Positions 46,446-57,216 of a stretch of 64,000 bases of DNA are shown piece after piece. The translations under genes were made by a program, and so were the position numbers. Each line of letters opens with the position of its first letter. Within the stretch, counting starts at the first letter, position 1. The DNA is taken from NCBI GenBank assembly GCA_040876345.1, contig JBBDPM010000006.1, positions 392,547 through 456,546 of the forward strand, written 5' to 3'. The stretch comes from Candidatus Woykebacteria bacterium. Lineage in GTDB: Bacteria; Patescibacteriota; Microgenomatia; Woykebacterales; RBG-16-39-9b. The notes beneath the pieces are model-generated. The model was given only the letters and a program-made list of their open reading frames with translations, ran no database searches and was not told the DNA's origin.

Positions 46446-47480
46446 TTGATGAAAGTATCAGCTGCTCCAATTTTGGTAAAACCCAAGTTCTCTCATTCTG
46501 AAGGCTCAAAGATTTACTCAGGTCTGAGAGAAAAAGTGACTGCGGCTGGGATACTGGGCCGATCCTACTATTATTATTTATTTTCGACTCTTGTAACCAT
46601 TTTGGGGACAGCCGTCTCAGTTCATGGGGCTCTTGTTTCCTCGTCCATTTTAGAAGTCGCTCTTTGGTCAATAGCTTTTGTGTTTTTTTCAATACAGCTA
46701 GCTGGTTTTTTCCATGATGCAGGTCACCGGGCAGTATTTAAGAGCACCTTTTTTAATGACTTGTTCGGCGGTTTTATTGCCGCTCTTGCCAACATCTCCT
46801 ACTCTTACTGGAAGTTTAAACATAATAAGCATCACGCTAGTCCCAATGAAGTCGATGAAGACCCGGACATCGAAATCCCCTTTATCTCTTTTACCCACCG
46901 GAAAAAGATGGCTAACCCCCTGGAAGAAAGGCTTAAACCCTACCAAGCTTACTTATACTTTCCGCTGGGAGTTTTTGCCCTAGTGTATTTTAAGTTTCGA
47001 AGCCTTGTGTTCTTTAAAGGAAATCGAGGAACCTATCTTCTTTTGGAAATCCCAATTTACCTAATTGGAGGTGTCATTTGGTACATTGTTCCTTTCTTTC
47101 TCGTTCCCCTCCCCCACGCTTTGGTATTCTTGGCCTTATCAAACTTGGGTGTTGGTTTCTATCTGATGAATATTTTTGCTCCAAATCATAAAGGGATGCC
47201 TCAGATAGAAAAAGGCGCTGAATTTTCCTTCTTGGAGCAGCAAATAATAACCGCCCGAAACGTCAAGAGTAATCCCCTTTTGGATATTCTATACATCGGT
47301 TTAAATTACCAAATTGAACATCATCTTTTCCCTAATTGTCCTCGTAACAAACTAAAATTAATCACTCCTTACGTTTTGGAAATTTGTAAAAAATACAATT
47401 TGGAATACAGCGAGGTAAGTTTGGTTGAAACTAACTTGATTATTCTAGGTGAACTAAACGAGGTAGCCAGCAGTTCTTAA
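46446..47480 (+). CDS. membrane fatty-acid desaturase
   Basis: three His boxes HDAGH, HNKHH, QIEHH; multi-TM. Confidence 0.8.
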   Translation: MMKVSAAPILVKPKFSHSEGSKIYSGLREKVTAAGILGRSYYYYLFSTLVTILGTAVSVHGALVSSSILEVALWSIAFVFFSIQLAGFFHDAGHRAVFKSTFFNDLFGGFIAALANISYSYWKFKHNKHHASPNEVDEDPDIEIPFISFTHRKKMANPLEERLKPYQAYLYFPLGVFALVYFKFRSLVFFKGNRGTYLLLEIPIYLIGGVIWYIVPFFLVPLPHALVFLALSNLGVGFYLMNIFAPNHKGMPQIEKGAEFSFLEQQIITARNVKSNPLLDILYIGLNYQIEHHLFPNCPRNKLKLITPYVLEICKKYNLEYSEVSLVETNLIILGELNEVASSS

Positions 47481-47484
47481 GGCA

Positions 47485-48210
47485 TTGATAACTGCGCCAA
47501 AAAATGCTCTACTTTTAATAAGTATGGATCAACTAGCACCAAAATCCAAAACTTTTCAAGATTCTTTGTATGAAAAGGCGGCTCGCAACCAGAGCCTGGT
47601 TAAAGCCTTGTTTGACATTTCCTACTCAATACTAATTTCCATTGTGGTTTTAACTACAATCTCAGCCTTCAGAGACCAAGAAGTATTTAATTACTTTCTG
47701 GTAAAAAGAGCTATTTTTGGCAGACTTGCTCTGGTAGTTTTACTTATCACTCTGACACCAGGAATACTGGGAAGATTTAACATCCAGATAAAGGCTATAA
47801 GAATAATTACCCTTTTTCGAAGGCGCCTCGGAATTTTGGTTTTCTTGCTAGCCTTTACTCATGCAAGTTTAATGTTCCTTCCGAAAATCGTCAAAATTGA
47901 ACCGTTCCTAATCCCCCCACCCACCTTTCAGATTTTTGGAATCCTGGCCTTAACCATACTTTCTTTCATGTTCCTCACTTCAAACAATTTTAGTGTGCGA
48001 AGGCTTGGACCTTGGTGGAAAAGGCTGCACCGTCTTGTCTACGTTGCGCTCTTATTTATCTTGCTACACACCGCTTTACAAAGAACTAGTATTTGGAGCA
48101 TATCGGCCGGGGTATTTTTCGCTCTGGAGATTTCTTCATTAATATACGCTTACTTAAAGGGTGGTTCATTCAACAATCCCACTCTAAAACAAACCCCAAA
48201 AACCCCGTGA
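47485..48210 (+). CDS. MsrQ/YedZ-like ferric-reductase-type heme b membrane protein
   Basis: LAFTHASLMF and LGPWWKRLHRLVYVALLFILLH motifs; 6 TM; directly downstream of desaturase. Confidence 0.55.
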   Translation: MITAPKNALLLISMDQLAPKSKTFQDSLYEKAARNQSLVKALFDISYSILISIVVLTTISAFRDQEVFNYFLVKRAIFGRLALVVLLITLTPGILGRFNIQIKAIRIITLFRRRLGILVFLLAFTHASLMFLPKIVKIEPFLIPPPTFQIFGILALTILSFMFLTSNNFSVRRLGPWWKRLHRLVYVALLFILLHTALQRTSIWSISAGVFFALEISSLIYAYLKGGSFNNPTLKQTPKTP

Positions 48211-48255
48211 AATTTGCCAACTAGCAGATTTTTATTGCTAAAAATTAGTCTATGA

Positions 48256-48519
48256 TTAAATACCCCGGTAGATATCCTTTCTGTGGCGGAAGCGGTGGAG
48301 AGTAAAGGAAGTTTCAGTAAAAGAGTAGGTGAGTCGGTATTGTCCAATGCGAACTCGGTAAACCTTATCTTTTATTCCAGTGCTTTTGCGAATATTAAGT
48401 TTAGGATCAAGCGGATTTTCCAGGAGAATAGAGGTTAGATGATTAGATTTTTGACGAATTTCGGTAGATATTTTGGCCAAATCTTTCCTGAATTGAGGGG
48501 TCACAAGTAGGGATCGCAT
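48256..48519 (-). CDS. RelE/ParE-family toxin
   Basis: KDKVYRVRIGQYRLTYSF...FTLHRFRHRKDIYRG C-terminal RelE signature. Confidence 0.7.
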   Translation of the reverse strand: MRSLLVTPQFRKDLAKISTEIRQKSNHLTSILLENPLDPKLNIRKSTGIKDKVYRVRIGQYRLTYSFTETSFTLHRFRHRKDIYRGI

Positions 48520-48530
48520 TTAATGCCTGG

Positions 48531-48755
48531 TTAGTACAGGTCTGCTAAGGATTTGATTTTTTTCACTTTGCCGACTCGTTCTTCCTCAATTGATTTTTTT
48601 AGACCATTGAGAAACTCTTCGCGGTAAGCACCTTGCGATTCAAGTATATTTTCAGTGAGATCGGAGAGCTCAGAGCTTAATTTGTGGATTTTTTTAATTT
48701 CTTTGGTAGAAACAGTTGTGGATGCTTTTTCCATATCAAAGCCATTATAGCTCAA
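48531..48755 (-). CDS. putative antitoxin partner of RelE
   Basis: 74-aa ORF immediately upstream of toxin in same strand; no clear motif. Confidence 0.4.
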   Translation of the reverse strand: MSYNGFDMEKASTTVSTKEIKKIHKLSSELSDLTENILESQGAYREEFLNGLKKSIEEERVGKVKKIKSLADLY

Positions 48756-49147
48756 AGGAGGGATTCATATCGTCCGATAGTCAGGAGGGCATACAGCACT
48801 TGTCCACCTCGATTGTCGAGATACCGGCACACGAAAAACCGTTGTTACAGAACTGGCCCCTTCAGCGCCGGATTATCGTGGCGGAGCTCTCAAATATGTT
48901 TGGCGAGATTGCCAAGCACGCTCACGAGGAAATGGTCTTGCTGCAGAACAGCTAGATCTCACCCGTGAGCTAGTAGGACGACAACGTCGACAGAAACTTC
49001 CACGGGGAATGGCAGACACTTTCGTGTCCGCCCTCTTCCCCTCAATGGCTGCATCCGCCAACTGGCGGAGATCTACCTCTACGTGGTGCAGCTAGATACG
49101 TTCGACAGTCTCAGTACTGTGGAACTAACTAAAGATCAAAAAGAATG

Positions 49148-49186
49148 ACGACCCGTTCGACTACGCTCAGGGTCGTTTTTCTTTGG
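49148..49186. terminator. Rho-independent terminator
   Basis: ACGACCC-loop-GGGTCGTTTTTCTTTGG; T-rich on both sides. Confidence 0.6.
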
Positions 49187-49191
49187 GTTAC

Positions 49192-49455
49192 TTAATAAAC
49201 TTGATTGTGGGTGCCGATGTCGTACAGCCAAAGCTCGTTACCAACTACTTTGTAAACCACTCTTACATCTCCCGAAATTGAAAAGGCTCGGTAGCTGCTT
49301 AGCTTTCCAATAAGTTTGTGATCTTTTAAAGTAGGTTGGTCTGGATCGTCGACGAACTGTTTTAACCGGGTTTGAAATTTAGAAACAAGCTTGGGGTTGT
49401 GGATTATTCGTTTCTGGTAATTCTTAACAAAAGTTTTATGAACCTTTATTTGCAT
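49192..49455 (-). CDS. YafQ/RelE-family toxin
   Basis: LKDHKLIGKLSSYRAFSISGDVRVVYKVVGNELWLYDIGTHNQVY typical YafQ C-terminus. Confidence 0.75.
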   Translation of the reverse strand: MQIKVHKTFVKNYQKRIIHNPKLVSKFQTRLKQFVDDPDQPTLKDHKLIGKLSSYRAFSISGDVRVVYKVVGNELWLYDIGTHNQVY

Positions 49456-49726
49456 CCAATTTGGCTATCAAGTCTGACACATTTTTCGCAGAAACGATAT
49501 TTTTATTCTTTTCAAAATCAGCAGTTTGCTTTAAATAGCGGCGCTCCGAATTGCCTGACAGTTTAACAGTTTCCTGTATCATAATCTCAAGTTTATCAGC
49601 AGCCAGTTTTGTCAAGAAAATTCTTATAGATTCCTGCAGGGAAGAAAATCCCTGACGAGTAGCGGCTTTCTCGGCCCTTTCTTTTAAATCTTTCGAGACT
49701 GGAACTTGCAAGATCGACTTAGTCAT
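49436..49726 (-). CDS. DinJ/RelB-family antitoxin
   Basis: overlaps toxin start; N-terminal RHH-like SILQVPVSKDLKERAEKAATRQGFS; homolog of fragment at 43152..43376. Confidence 0.7.
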   Translation of the reverse strand: MTKSILQVPVSKDLKERAEKAATRQGFSSLQESIRIFLTKLAADKLEIMIQETVKLSGNSERRYLKQTADFEKNKNIVSAKNVSDLIAKLDANKGS

Positions 49727-49760
49727 AATATAATTATATAGTTTTGGTAATAGTTGTCAA

Positions 49761-50300
49761 CTACTTTTTATACTCTTCTTTTACATCTTCTCCAAACTCT
49801 TTGTAGAGTTTTGTTATCTTAGGATCGATGACAACAGTGCAGTAGCCGGCGGTTCGATTTTTTTCGTAGTATTCTTGGTGATAGCCTTCGGCCGGGAAGA
49901 AATTTTTAAATGGGGCTATTTCCGTAACAATCTTGCCTTGATAAGCTTTACTGTTAAGATCTTCCTTCACTTTTTCGGCAACCTTTCTCTGCCCTTCATC
50001 GTGATAAAAGACCATCGATCGATACTGAGTACCAATATCAGCCCCTTGTTGGTTTTTACTAGTCGGGTCATGAAGTTTGAAGAAAACTTCGAGGAGTTTT
50101 TCGTACGAGATAATTTTTGGGTCAAACTTTATTTGGATTGCTTCAGCGTGCCCAGTAGTACCTTCGGACACTCTGTGATAGGAAGGGTTTTCCATATCGC
50201 CTCCGGAATAGCCGGAAACGACAGACTCTACTCCTTTCAATCTTTTAAAAATCGCCTCGGTACACCAAAAACAGCCCGCAGCTAGAGTTGTAGTTTCCAT
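49761..50300 (-). CDS. msrA: peptide methionine sulfoxide reductase MsrA
   Basis: GCFWCTEAIF active-site motif; start taken at METTTLAAGCFWC (the longer ORF N-extension is probably not translated). Confidence 0.85.
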   Translation of the reverse strand: METTTLAAGCFWCTEAIFKRLKGVESVVSGYSGGDMENPSYHRVSEGTTGHAEAIQIKFDPKIISYEKLLEVFFKLHDPTSKNQQGADIGTQYRSMVFYHDEGQRKVAEKVKEDLNSKAYQGKIVTEIAPFKNFFPAEGYHQEYYEKNRTAGYCTVVIDPKITKLYKEFGEDVKEEYKK

Positions 50301-50360
50301 CGCTTTTGAATTATCTAATATCAAGCCGTATATTTCAATTATTTGTGGTATTATTGGTCT

Positions 50361-52235
50361 ATGCCGGCAAGTACTGATATAAAAAGGTTGAGGGAACTGG
50401 CAAAACTTGTCCGCTACTACATAATTAGGGGAACTACTAAAGCTGGCTCTGGCCACCCAACCTCGTCTTTATCAGCCACCGATCTAATGACCGCTCTCTT
50501 CTTTCACACACTTCGGTTTGATTTGAAAAACCCCTCTCACCCAAACAACGACCGCGTTATTTTTTCCAAAGGCCACGCTTCCCCATTACTCTACGCTCTC
50601 TATGCTGCGGCTGGCTCAATTAGTGAAAAAGAGATAGATAGTCTGCGCAAGTTTGGCAGCCCTTTGGAAGGCCACCCAACACCAAATTTTAAATATGTTG
50701 AAGTGTCTAGCGGATCATTAGGGCAGGGATTATCGGTCGGTTTTGGCATGGCCCTAAACGCTAAATATTTGGATAAACTCCCTTATAAAACTTATGTACT
50801 TCTGGGGGATTCAGAAATGGCCGAGGGTAGTGTTTGGGAAGCAATCGAACTTTCATCTTACTACAGGCTCGATAATTTAATCGGGATTATAGACGTTAAC
50901 AGGCTGGGACAGTCTCAAGAAACAATGCTCGGTCATCATGTTGAAGAATACCGAAAAAGGGTTGAGTCCTTTGGCTGGAGTGTAAAAGTGGTCGACGGCC
51001 ATAAACTAGAGCAAATTGTTTCAGCTTATGATACTGTCAACTCGACCAATGGCAAACCCACTATGATAGTGGCCAAGACAATCAAAGGCAAGGGTGTTTC
51101 ATTCTTAGAAGACAAGGGGGGCTGGCACGGAAAGGCGTTATCTGCTGAGGATTATGAGAAGGCTATAAAAGAATTAGGCGAGATCGATATGGGCGTCAAA
51201 ATGTCGATCAAAAAGCCTAGTGATCTTAAAGCTAAAAAAGTTATAGCAGCAAAGAAAATCGAACCAGTCAACTACAAAAAGGGTGAGAAAGTGGCTACAA
51301 GAAAGGCATATGGAAACGCGCTAAAAAGGCTCGGTGGTTACTACACAAACGTAGTTAGTTTGGACGGTGAAACTAAAAATTCAACCTTCGCTGAAATTTT
51401 CAAAGAGGTCTATCCAGAAAGATTTTTTGAAATGTTTATTGCTGAACAAAACATGGTTGGGGCGGCCTTGGGTTTATCAAAACGGGGTAAAATCCCCTTC
51501 GTCTCCACTTTTGCTGCTTTTTTGACAAGAGCTTACGATCAAATTCGGATGGCCAGTTATTCCAAACCAAATATAAAATTCATCGGTTCCCACGCTGGAG
51601 TTTCTATCGGTGAGGACGGGCCAAGTCAAATGGCCCTTGAAGACCTTGCGATGTTCCGGGCAATCGCCGAAAGTATAGTTCTTTACCCCTCTGATGCAGT
51701 CTCCACCGAAAAAATGGTCGAGGAGGCGATAAAAAATACTGGGCTTTTTTACATTCGGGCGAGTAGGCCGGCAACAGAGGTAATTTACGCAAACTCGGAA
51801 AGATTTCCAGTGGGTGGAAGTAAAGTGGTATTAAAAAGCAAAAACGACTCTATCACAGTGGTAGCTTGCGGAGTAACTCTATTCGAAGCGCTGAAAGCGG
51901 CGGATATTCTTTCGAAGAAGAGTGTAAATATCCGCGTGATTGATGCCTACTCAATTAAGCCAATTGATAAAAAGAGCTTAAAAAAAGCAGCTGCTGAGAC
52001 TAACAATTTACTCATTACCGTAGAGGATCACCGAATCGAAGGTGGGCTTGGCGACTCTGTGCTTGAGGCACTGTCAGATACTCCCAACAAAGTGTATAAA
52101 TTAGCGGTCACAAAAATCCCAACTTCAGGAAAACCGGAAGAACTTTTAGATCTTGAAGGGATTTCGGCAAAAGCACTTGCTCAAAAAGTTCTCGCGGTGC
52201 TAAAGTCAAAAGGCAATGAAAAAAGGCGACCTTAA
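50361..52235 (+). CDS. tkt: transketolase
   Basis: SGHPTSSLSATDL TPP-binding N-domain, GDSEMAEG, pyrimidine and C-terminal domains; ~625 aa. Confidence 0.85.
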   Translation: MPASTDIKRLRELAKLVRYYIIRGTTKAGSGHPTSSLSATDLMTALFFHTLRFDLKNPSHPNNDRVIFSKGHASPLLYALYAAAGSISEKEIDSLRKFGSPLEGHPTPNFKYVEVSSGSLGQGLSVGFGMALNAKYLDKLPYKTYVLLGDSEMAEGSVWEAIELSSYYRLDNLIGIIDVNRLGQSQETMLGHHVEEYRKRVESFGWSVKVVDGHKLEQIVSAYDTVNSTNGKPTMIVAKTIKGKGVSFLEDKGGWHGKALSAEDYEKAIKELGEIDMGVKMSIKKPSDLKAKKVIAAKKIEPVNYKKGEKVATRKAYGNALKRLGGYYTNVVSLDGETKNSTFAEIFKEVYPERFFEMFIAEQNMVGAALGLSKRGKIPFVSTFAAFLTRAYDQIRMASYSKPNIKFIGSHAGVSIGEDGPSQMALEDLAMFRAIAESIVLYPSDAVSTEKMVEEAIKNTGLFYIRASRPATEVIYANSERFPVGGSKVVLKSKNDSITVVACGVTLFEALKAADILSKKSVNIRVIDAYSIKPIDKKSLKKAAAETNNLLITVEDHRIEGGLGDSVLEALSDTPNKVYKLAVTKIPTSGKPEELLDLEGISAKALAQKVLAVLKSKGNEKRRP

Positions 52236-53076
52236 ATCCAAAATTTTCGTCGATGGTGGGGATCCGGATGAGACAAGAGAAGCCAAAAAGCTACTTGGTT
52301 TTGTTGACGGCCAAACTACAAATCCAACCTTAATCTCAAAGAATCCCGATGTTCAAAAAAGGCTTGATAGCGGCAAAAAATTTACTGAGAAAGAAGCCTA
52401 CAAATTTTATAGGGAAGTTGTGGAAGAACTTGCAAAAATTACTGAGGGGCCCATATCAATAGAGGTCTACGCCGACCATAGTACACCTTACGAAAAAATG
52501 CTCGCTCAAGGCCGAGAGATGTTTACCTGGATACCAAATGCTTACGTAAAATTCCCAACAACAAAAGAGGGGTTAAAAGCCGCGTCAACTGTGGTGAAAG
52601 AAGGGCTTAGGGTAAACATGACCCTTTGCTTTTCCCAAGAACAAGCGGCTGCCGTTTACGCCGCCACCCTTGGTACAAAAGAACCAGCGTTTGTTTCCCC
52701 TTTCGTCGGTAGATTTGATGACAGAGGAGAAAACGGTATGGGCCTAATTGAAAATATCTTGAAAATGTACGAAAAAGGTGATGGTCACGTTCTTGCATTG
52801 ACTGCATCCGTCCGCAACGTCGCTCACCTTCTCTACGCGATAAAGCTTGGCTCCCCACTAATCACAGCTCCATTCAAAGTTATCAAGGACTGGTCCGAAA
52901 AAGGACTTACGTTGCCTGATGAGAATTTTGGTTACAATCCAAAGGGCTTAAAACCGATTCCATACAAAGAAATTCCCCTGGACAAAACCTGGACCGAATA
53001 CAACATCCAACATGATCTAACAGACACTGGAATCAAAAGATTTTCAGAAGATTGGAACCAACTAGTCCAAAATTAG
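52216..53076 (+). CDS. tal: transaldolase
   Basis: IFVDGGDPDE...GQTTNPTL N-terminal transaldolase/FSA signature; overlaps tkt stop. Confidence 0.8.
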   Translation: MKKGDLKSKIFVDGGDPDETREAKKLLGFVDGQTTNPTLISKNPDVQKRLDSGKKFTEKEAYKFYREVVEELAKITEGPISIEVYADHSTPYEKMLAQGREMFTWIPNAYVKFPTTKEGLKAASTVVKEGLRVNMTLCFSQEQAAAVYAATLGTKEPAFVSPFVGRFDDRGENGMGLIENILKMYEKGDGHVLALTASVRNVAHLLYAIKLGSPLITAPFKVIKDWSEKGLTLPDENFGYNPKGLKPIPYKEIPLDKTWTEYNIQHDLTDTGIKRFSEDWNQLVQN

Positions 53077-53138
53077 TATCAGCTAAAGAAAAACCACCCT
53101 TTCGGATCGCTCCTCCTAACAGGATCTCAAATGCTAAA

Positions 53139-53231
53139 AGGCACCTGATAACTGGTTCTAATATGTAGATACTTCAGGGCATTTCTGCAATGACAGTTAC
53201 AAATACAATTATCACCAGTTATAAGATGCCT
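53139..53231. other. long imperfect inverted repeat (18-nt arms, ~57-nt spacer) in 250-nt intergenic region
   Basis: AGGCACCTGATAACTGGT ... ACCAGTTATAAGATGCCT (15/19 complementarity). Confidence 0.4.
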
Positions 53232-53323
53232 TTAAAGAACAGGTTAATTGTATCATATTTTTACCCTATAGTCAAGTTTGGTGAGAAGTAGACGTGGTGT
53301 CCGCATCAAACGCGACTGATATG

Positions 53324-53797
53324 TTAAACGTGTCTGTCGGCTACTTTAGTAGCACCGAAGGACTCTGGCTTTATTTTATATTCAAATCCGCTTCCTAGCA
53401 CCATCCCAGTCACCCAACGAATCATATCGCGGGTTACGCCATCCTCCCCGACATCCAGGTGAACTTCTGGCTCATACCCGGAAAGGCCGTTGTGCTGGAA
53501 GGTATCCCGTATTTTCCAGGCAAGTTCAATCGAAAATTGAGTTTCTTTTGCTATTCTCTCTGGCAAAGAAAATACTTTCTGGATATTGTTTTTTTGCCAA
53601 AAATATACCCCACCCTTACCGATTCGGTGAGCAATAATAGCTGTGGCAAACTCCACGTGTGAATTACGGGCTTCAGAATCCGTCCCGACAATTACTTTGT
53701 ATTTGAAACTCGAATCCTTTTTTATATACTCGGCTACTTTTTCGATGACTTCTTCGTAGTCCAAAGGTCCGAATGTTGGCGAGGTAAACTTATCCAT
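53324..53797 (-). CDS. YkuK-family RNase H-like protein (DUF458)
   Basis: FTSPTFGPLDYEEV...KVIVGTDSEARNSHVEFATAIIAHRIGKGG parallels B. subtilis YkuK (FHSPTFG...IGTDSQ) by recall. Confidence 0.6.
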   Translation of the reverse strand: MDKFTSPTFGPLDYEEVIEKVAEYIKKDSSFKYKVIVGTDSEARNSHVEFATAIIAHRIGKGGVYFWQKNNIQKVFSLPERIAKETQFSIELAWKIRDTFQHNGLSGYEPEVHLDVGEDGVTRDMIRWVTGMVLGSGFEYKIKPESFGATKVADRHV

Positions 53798-53819
53798 AAC
53801 GCAACATTGTACTATTTTT

Positions 53820-54362
53820 TCAAAAAATTTCCAAGTTTAAGAAGCTTTCTACTAAAGCTATTCCACCACCCCAAAAGACTCCTGTCCAAAAAAATGAGTT
53901 TGCGAAGCAGCTAGCCACAAGAAGTAGTTTTACTTTTGCGCCTTTAAAATTTAGTAACCTAAAGGCAAGTGCTACCGGAAATGGCCCGACTGTAAAAACT
54001 AGCGGGATAAAGGCTGATATTGTCCCAATTTTCAAAGCTTTTTGATAATGGGCTGGTAGTCTCCGACTCCACTTATTAATTTTATCTAAAGATTCCTCCT
54101 TTGTAATTTCGTCGAAGAAGTAAATTACGAGAATCGAGGCTAGTGACGCCATTATCAATGTGGCGGGTATTACCCCAAAAAGTAAAATAAAAGCCGGTGT
54201 GAGAAACTTAAACAGCGTAATTGGGAGAGGCCCGTTTATAGGCCCTGGCCAAATTATTGCGGCGATAGCTAGATGGGGATGCTTGAACACTTTACTCCAG
54301 GTAATCTTTGAGTTTCTTTGAACGTGTTGGATGGCGGAGCTTCCGAAGGGCTTTGGCCTCAA
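53820..54362 (-). CDS. hypothetical membrane protein
   Basis: 180-aa hydrophobic ORF; overlaps rpoD 3' end so true start probably internal. Confidence 0.35.
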   Translation of the reverse strand: MRPKPFGSSAIQHVQRNSKITWSKVFKHPHLAIAAIIWPGPINGPLPITLFKFLTPAFILLFGVIPATLIMASLASILVIYFFDEITKEESLDKINKWSRRLPAHYQKALKIGTISAFIPLVFTVGPFPVALAFRLLNFKGAKVKLLLVASCFANSFFWTGVFWGGGIALVESFLNLEIF

Positions 54363-55356
54363 TTTGCCGGATTCTTTCGCGCGTTACTCCAAATTCTCTA
54401 CCGACTTCTTCAAGAGTTCTTTGCCGGCCATCTTCCAAGCCAAAACGAAGCTTCAAGACTTTCTTTTCTCGGTCGTTAAGAGTGTCAAGCACCTCAGAAA
54501 GATGCGATTTCAAAAGTTCGACGCTAGCTTGATCCTCAGGACGGATTTCCTCATCGGGAATAAAATCTCCCAAGGTTGAGTCTTTCTCTTCACCGACTGG
54601 TGCTTCTAAGCTTGTTGGTTGCTGGGATACTTTAATAATTTCGCGAACTTTTTCCGGCTCAATACCCATCTCGGCCGCTATCTCCTCAGGCCTTGCTTCT
54701 CTACCAAGCTCCTGCATTAACATACGGCTAACTCTAATAAATCGGTTGATAGTTTCAACCATGTGGACTGGTATTCTGATTGTCCGGGCTTGATCGGCAA
54801 TTGCCCGGGTAATAGCCTGACGAATCCACCAAGTAGCGTAAGTTGAAAACTTGAAGCCCTTCCGATAATCGAATTTCTCGACTGCCCGCATCAAGCCGAT
54901 ATTGCCCTCTTCAATTAGATCAAGTAGAGATAGACCTCTGCCCACATATTTTTTAGCGATGGAGACAACCAACCTCAAGTTGGAATTAATTAGTCTTTCC
55001 TTAGCTTTTGGATCTCCCCTCTCCACTCTTTTCGCAAGTTCGGTCTCATCGGCAGCAGAAAGTAGCGACACTCTTCCAATTTCCTTCAAATACATACGAA
55101 CAGGGTCTGTGATGGAAACTTTTTCCAAAGTTTCAAGAACATCCAACTCTTTTTCCATATCGGCTCCCTTCTTTTCCTCACCTATCTCAAAGACATCGAC
55201 CCCTTCTTCGGCAAGTTTAGTGTAAAGCTCATCCAGCGCTTGAATATCAGCTTCGGCTTCCGGAAAAACCTCGAGAATATCATCTTGGGTTAGAAACCCT
55301 TGATTTTTACCTTTTTTTAGAAGATCTTGAATCGGTGTGGTGGTTGATTTTGCCAT
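54292..55356 (-). CDS. rpoD: RNA polymerase primary sigma factor (sigma-70, short form)
   Basis: region 2 [37 protein letters not shown], region 3 and 4 HTH; 354 aa. Confidence 0.9.
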   Translation of the reverse strand: MAKSTTTPIQDLLKKGKNQGFLTQDDILEVFPEAEADIQALDELYTKLAEEGVDVFEIGEEKKGADMEKELDVLETLEKVSITDPVRMYLKEIGRVSLLSAADETELAKRVERGDPKAKERLINSNLRLVVSIAKKYVGRGLSLLDLIEEGNIGLMRAVEKFDYRKGFKFSTYATWWIRQAITRAIADQARTIRIPVHMVETINRFIRVSRMLMQELGREARPEEIAAEMGIEPEKVREIIKVSQQPTSLEAPVGEEKDSTLGDFIPDEEIRPEDQASVELLKSHLSEVLDTLNDREKKVLKLRFGLEDGRQRTLEEVGREFGVTRERIRQIEAKALRKLRHPTRSKKLKDYLE

Positions 55357-55358
55357 CT

Positions 55359-57146
55359 CTATTTACTAGATTTATACTGCGAGAGTTGTAGGGAAAGATC
55401 TCGGAACTCCTCTGTTAGGGCCCGTATCTTTTGAGATTCCGAAATAGCCTCGGCCTGTTTAATTTCTAATCCTAGCCTACGAAGCTTTGATCGTAAGTTT
55501 AACTCTTTAATGCGAGCGACGCAAGAGGAAATCTCACTTTGGGAAAGCTCGTGTTGATCTAAAATCTTTTCGTCAATTTCATATAAAATTACCTCATCGT
55601 ATGTAGGGGATAGCTCTTCTGGAATTTGTACCGAGAGTTTCTTTAATCTTATCGCTCCTTCTCTTTTATAATGCTCTTTGATGAGGGTGAAAAGTTTCGC
55701 GATATTTGGATCATTTAATTCTTCACTACTCATATCCGGAAGAATCCCCGTCTGTAATATTAGAGCAAGTAGATACTTTTCTAAAACACCTAATTTATCT
55801 TCGGCTTCGATTCTATCATTGGCGAAATCGCCCCTTGCCTCAACTGTATCCTCCCTTCCTGAATATTTTTTTAGATCAAGTCTCAGAGCCTCTTCGCTAA
55901 CTTTTAAACTCGCTGAAATCTTGCGGACATAATACTCCTTAGTAACCGCGTCTTGTATCGAGACTATAAAGGGTACAACTTCCTTTAATATTTGCTTTTT
56001 GCCTTCCACCTCATCTGGACTCCATTTTCGCAAAGCGCTAATAATAACAAAATCATAGACAGGTACTGCCTCCTTTATTTTTTTCTTCCATAAAGTCGGG
56101 TCTTTCTTAATAATTTCGTCCGGATCTTTCTCCGTTCCCAAATCGATAACTTTTACGGAAAGTCCTTTGCTTTCGGCAATTTCAATTCCTCTTTTGGCAG
56201 CTGCAACACCGGCAATATCAGTGTCAAACCCAATTAAAACACTCTCGGAAAACCTCGCCAGAATATCTACTTGCCGTTCGGTAAGAGCTGTTCCCAAAGG
56301 GGCGACCACATTGGTAACGCCAACTTGATGAGACGATAATACATCAAGGTTTCCCTCCACTAAAATTGCGGTTTTTTGTTTTCTAATTTCCTCTTTGGCC
56401 AAATCTATACCGTAAAGAGAGTTGCTCTTATTAAAGACTGGTGTGTCTGGTGAATTTAAATACTTTGGCTCTCTTGAACCAAGGGCTCTGGCCGAAAATC
56501 CCAACACTCGCCCTTGAATATCCTTAATGGGGAAGGTTATTCTGCCTCTGAATCTATCAGTTAACCTACCATTTTTTGGCAACACTAGACCAGCCAAAGT
56601 TAAATCTGCTCCAACAAAACCTTTCTTCAACAAAAAATTGGTGACTACTTCTCTTTCCGGCGCAAATCCAAGTTGAAATTTTTTTATTATGGCGTCGTTT
56701 ATTTTTCTTGCGTACAAATAATCTAGAGCTATCTTGCCAGCTTTGTGTTTCATCAACAGATAGTGAAACAGCTCCGAGGCTACCCGATTAGCCGAAAAGA
56801 TTTTCTCTTTTTTCTTATCTGGCTCTCCCAAATTAAATTTCTTAAGAGTTATGCCTGCCCTAGCAGCTAACTTTTTAAGTGCGTCAGCAAATTCGACCCC
56901 GTCTATTTTTTTCACGAAGGCAAAAACATCACCGCCTTCATTGCAACCAAAGCATTTGAAAATTTGTCTGTCTGGGCTAACCACAAAAGAAGGGGTTTTT
57001 TCCGAGTGAAATGGGCACAAACCCTTATAGTTTCTGCCGGTCTTTTTCAAAGGGACATATCCACTAATCAACGAAACTATATCAGATCTTTGTTTAATTT
57101 CTTCAATCTCGTTTTCCATCACAGGCATTATATGCCACGCATACAA
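55359..57146 (-). CDS. dnaG: DNA primase DnaG
   Basis: CHC2 zinc finger [15 protein letters not shown], Toprim domain; 595 aa; upstream of rpoD as in dnaG-rpoD operon. Confidence 0.9.
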   Translation of the reverse strand: MYAWHIMPVMENEIEEIKQRSDIVSLISGYVPLKKTGRNYKGLCPFHSEKTPSFVVSPDRQIFKCFGCNEGGDVFAFVKKIDGVEFADALKKLAARAGITLKKFNLGEPDKKKEKIFSANRVASELFHYLLMKHKAGKIALDYLYARKINDAIIKKFQLGFAPEREVVTNFLLKKGFVGADLTLAGLVLPKNGRLTDRFRGRITFPIKDIQGRVLGFSARALGSREPKYLNSPDTPVFNKSNSLYGIDLAKEEIRKQKTAILVEGNLDVLSSHQVGVTNVVAPLGTALTERQVDILARFSESVLIGFDTDIAGVAAAKRGIEIAESKGLSVKVIDLGTEKDPDEIIKKDPTLWKKKIKEAVPVYDFVIISALRKWSPDEVEGKKQILKEVVPFIVSIQDAVTKEYYVRKISASLKVSEEALRLDLKKYSGREDTVEARGDFANDRIEAEDKLGVLEKYLLALILQTGILPDMSSEELNDPNIAKLFTLIKEHYKREGAIRLKKLSVQIPEELSPTYDEVILYEIDEKILDQHELSQSEISSCVARIKELNLRSKLRRLGLEIKQAEAISESQKIRALTEEFRDLSLQLSQYKSSK

Positions 57147-57216
57147 GGCGTGTCATGTAATGACCAGCATTATACTACTTATTAATTAACCATAAGGAGA
57201 TATCGACGAGGCAGAA

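Noticed and set aside
50301-50456. N-terminal 52-aa extension of the msrA ORF
   Set aside because: MsrA homology starts at METTTLAAGCFWC. The extension overlaps the divergent tkt start region and is likely untranslated.
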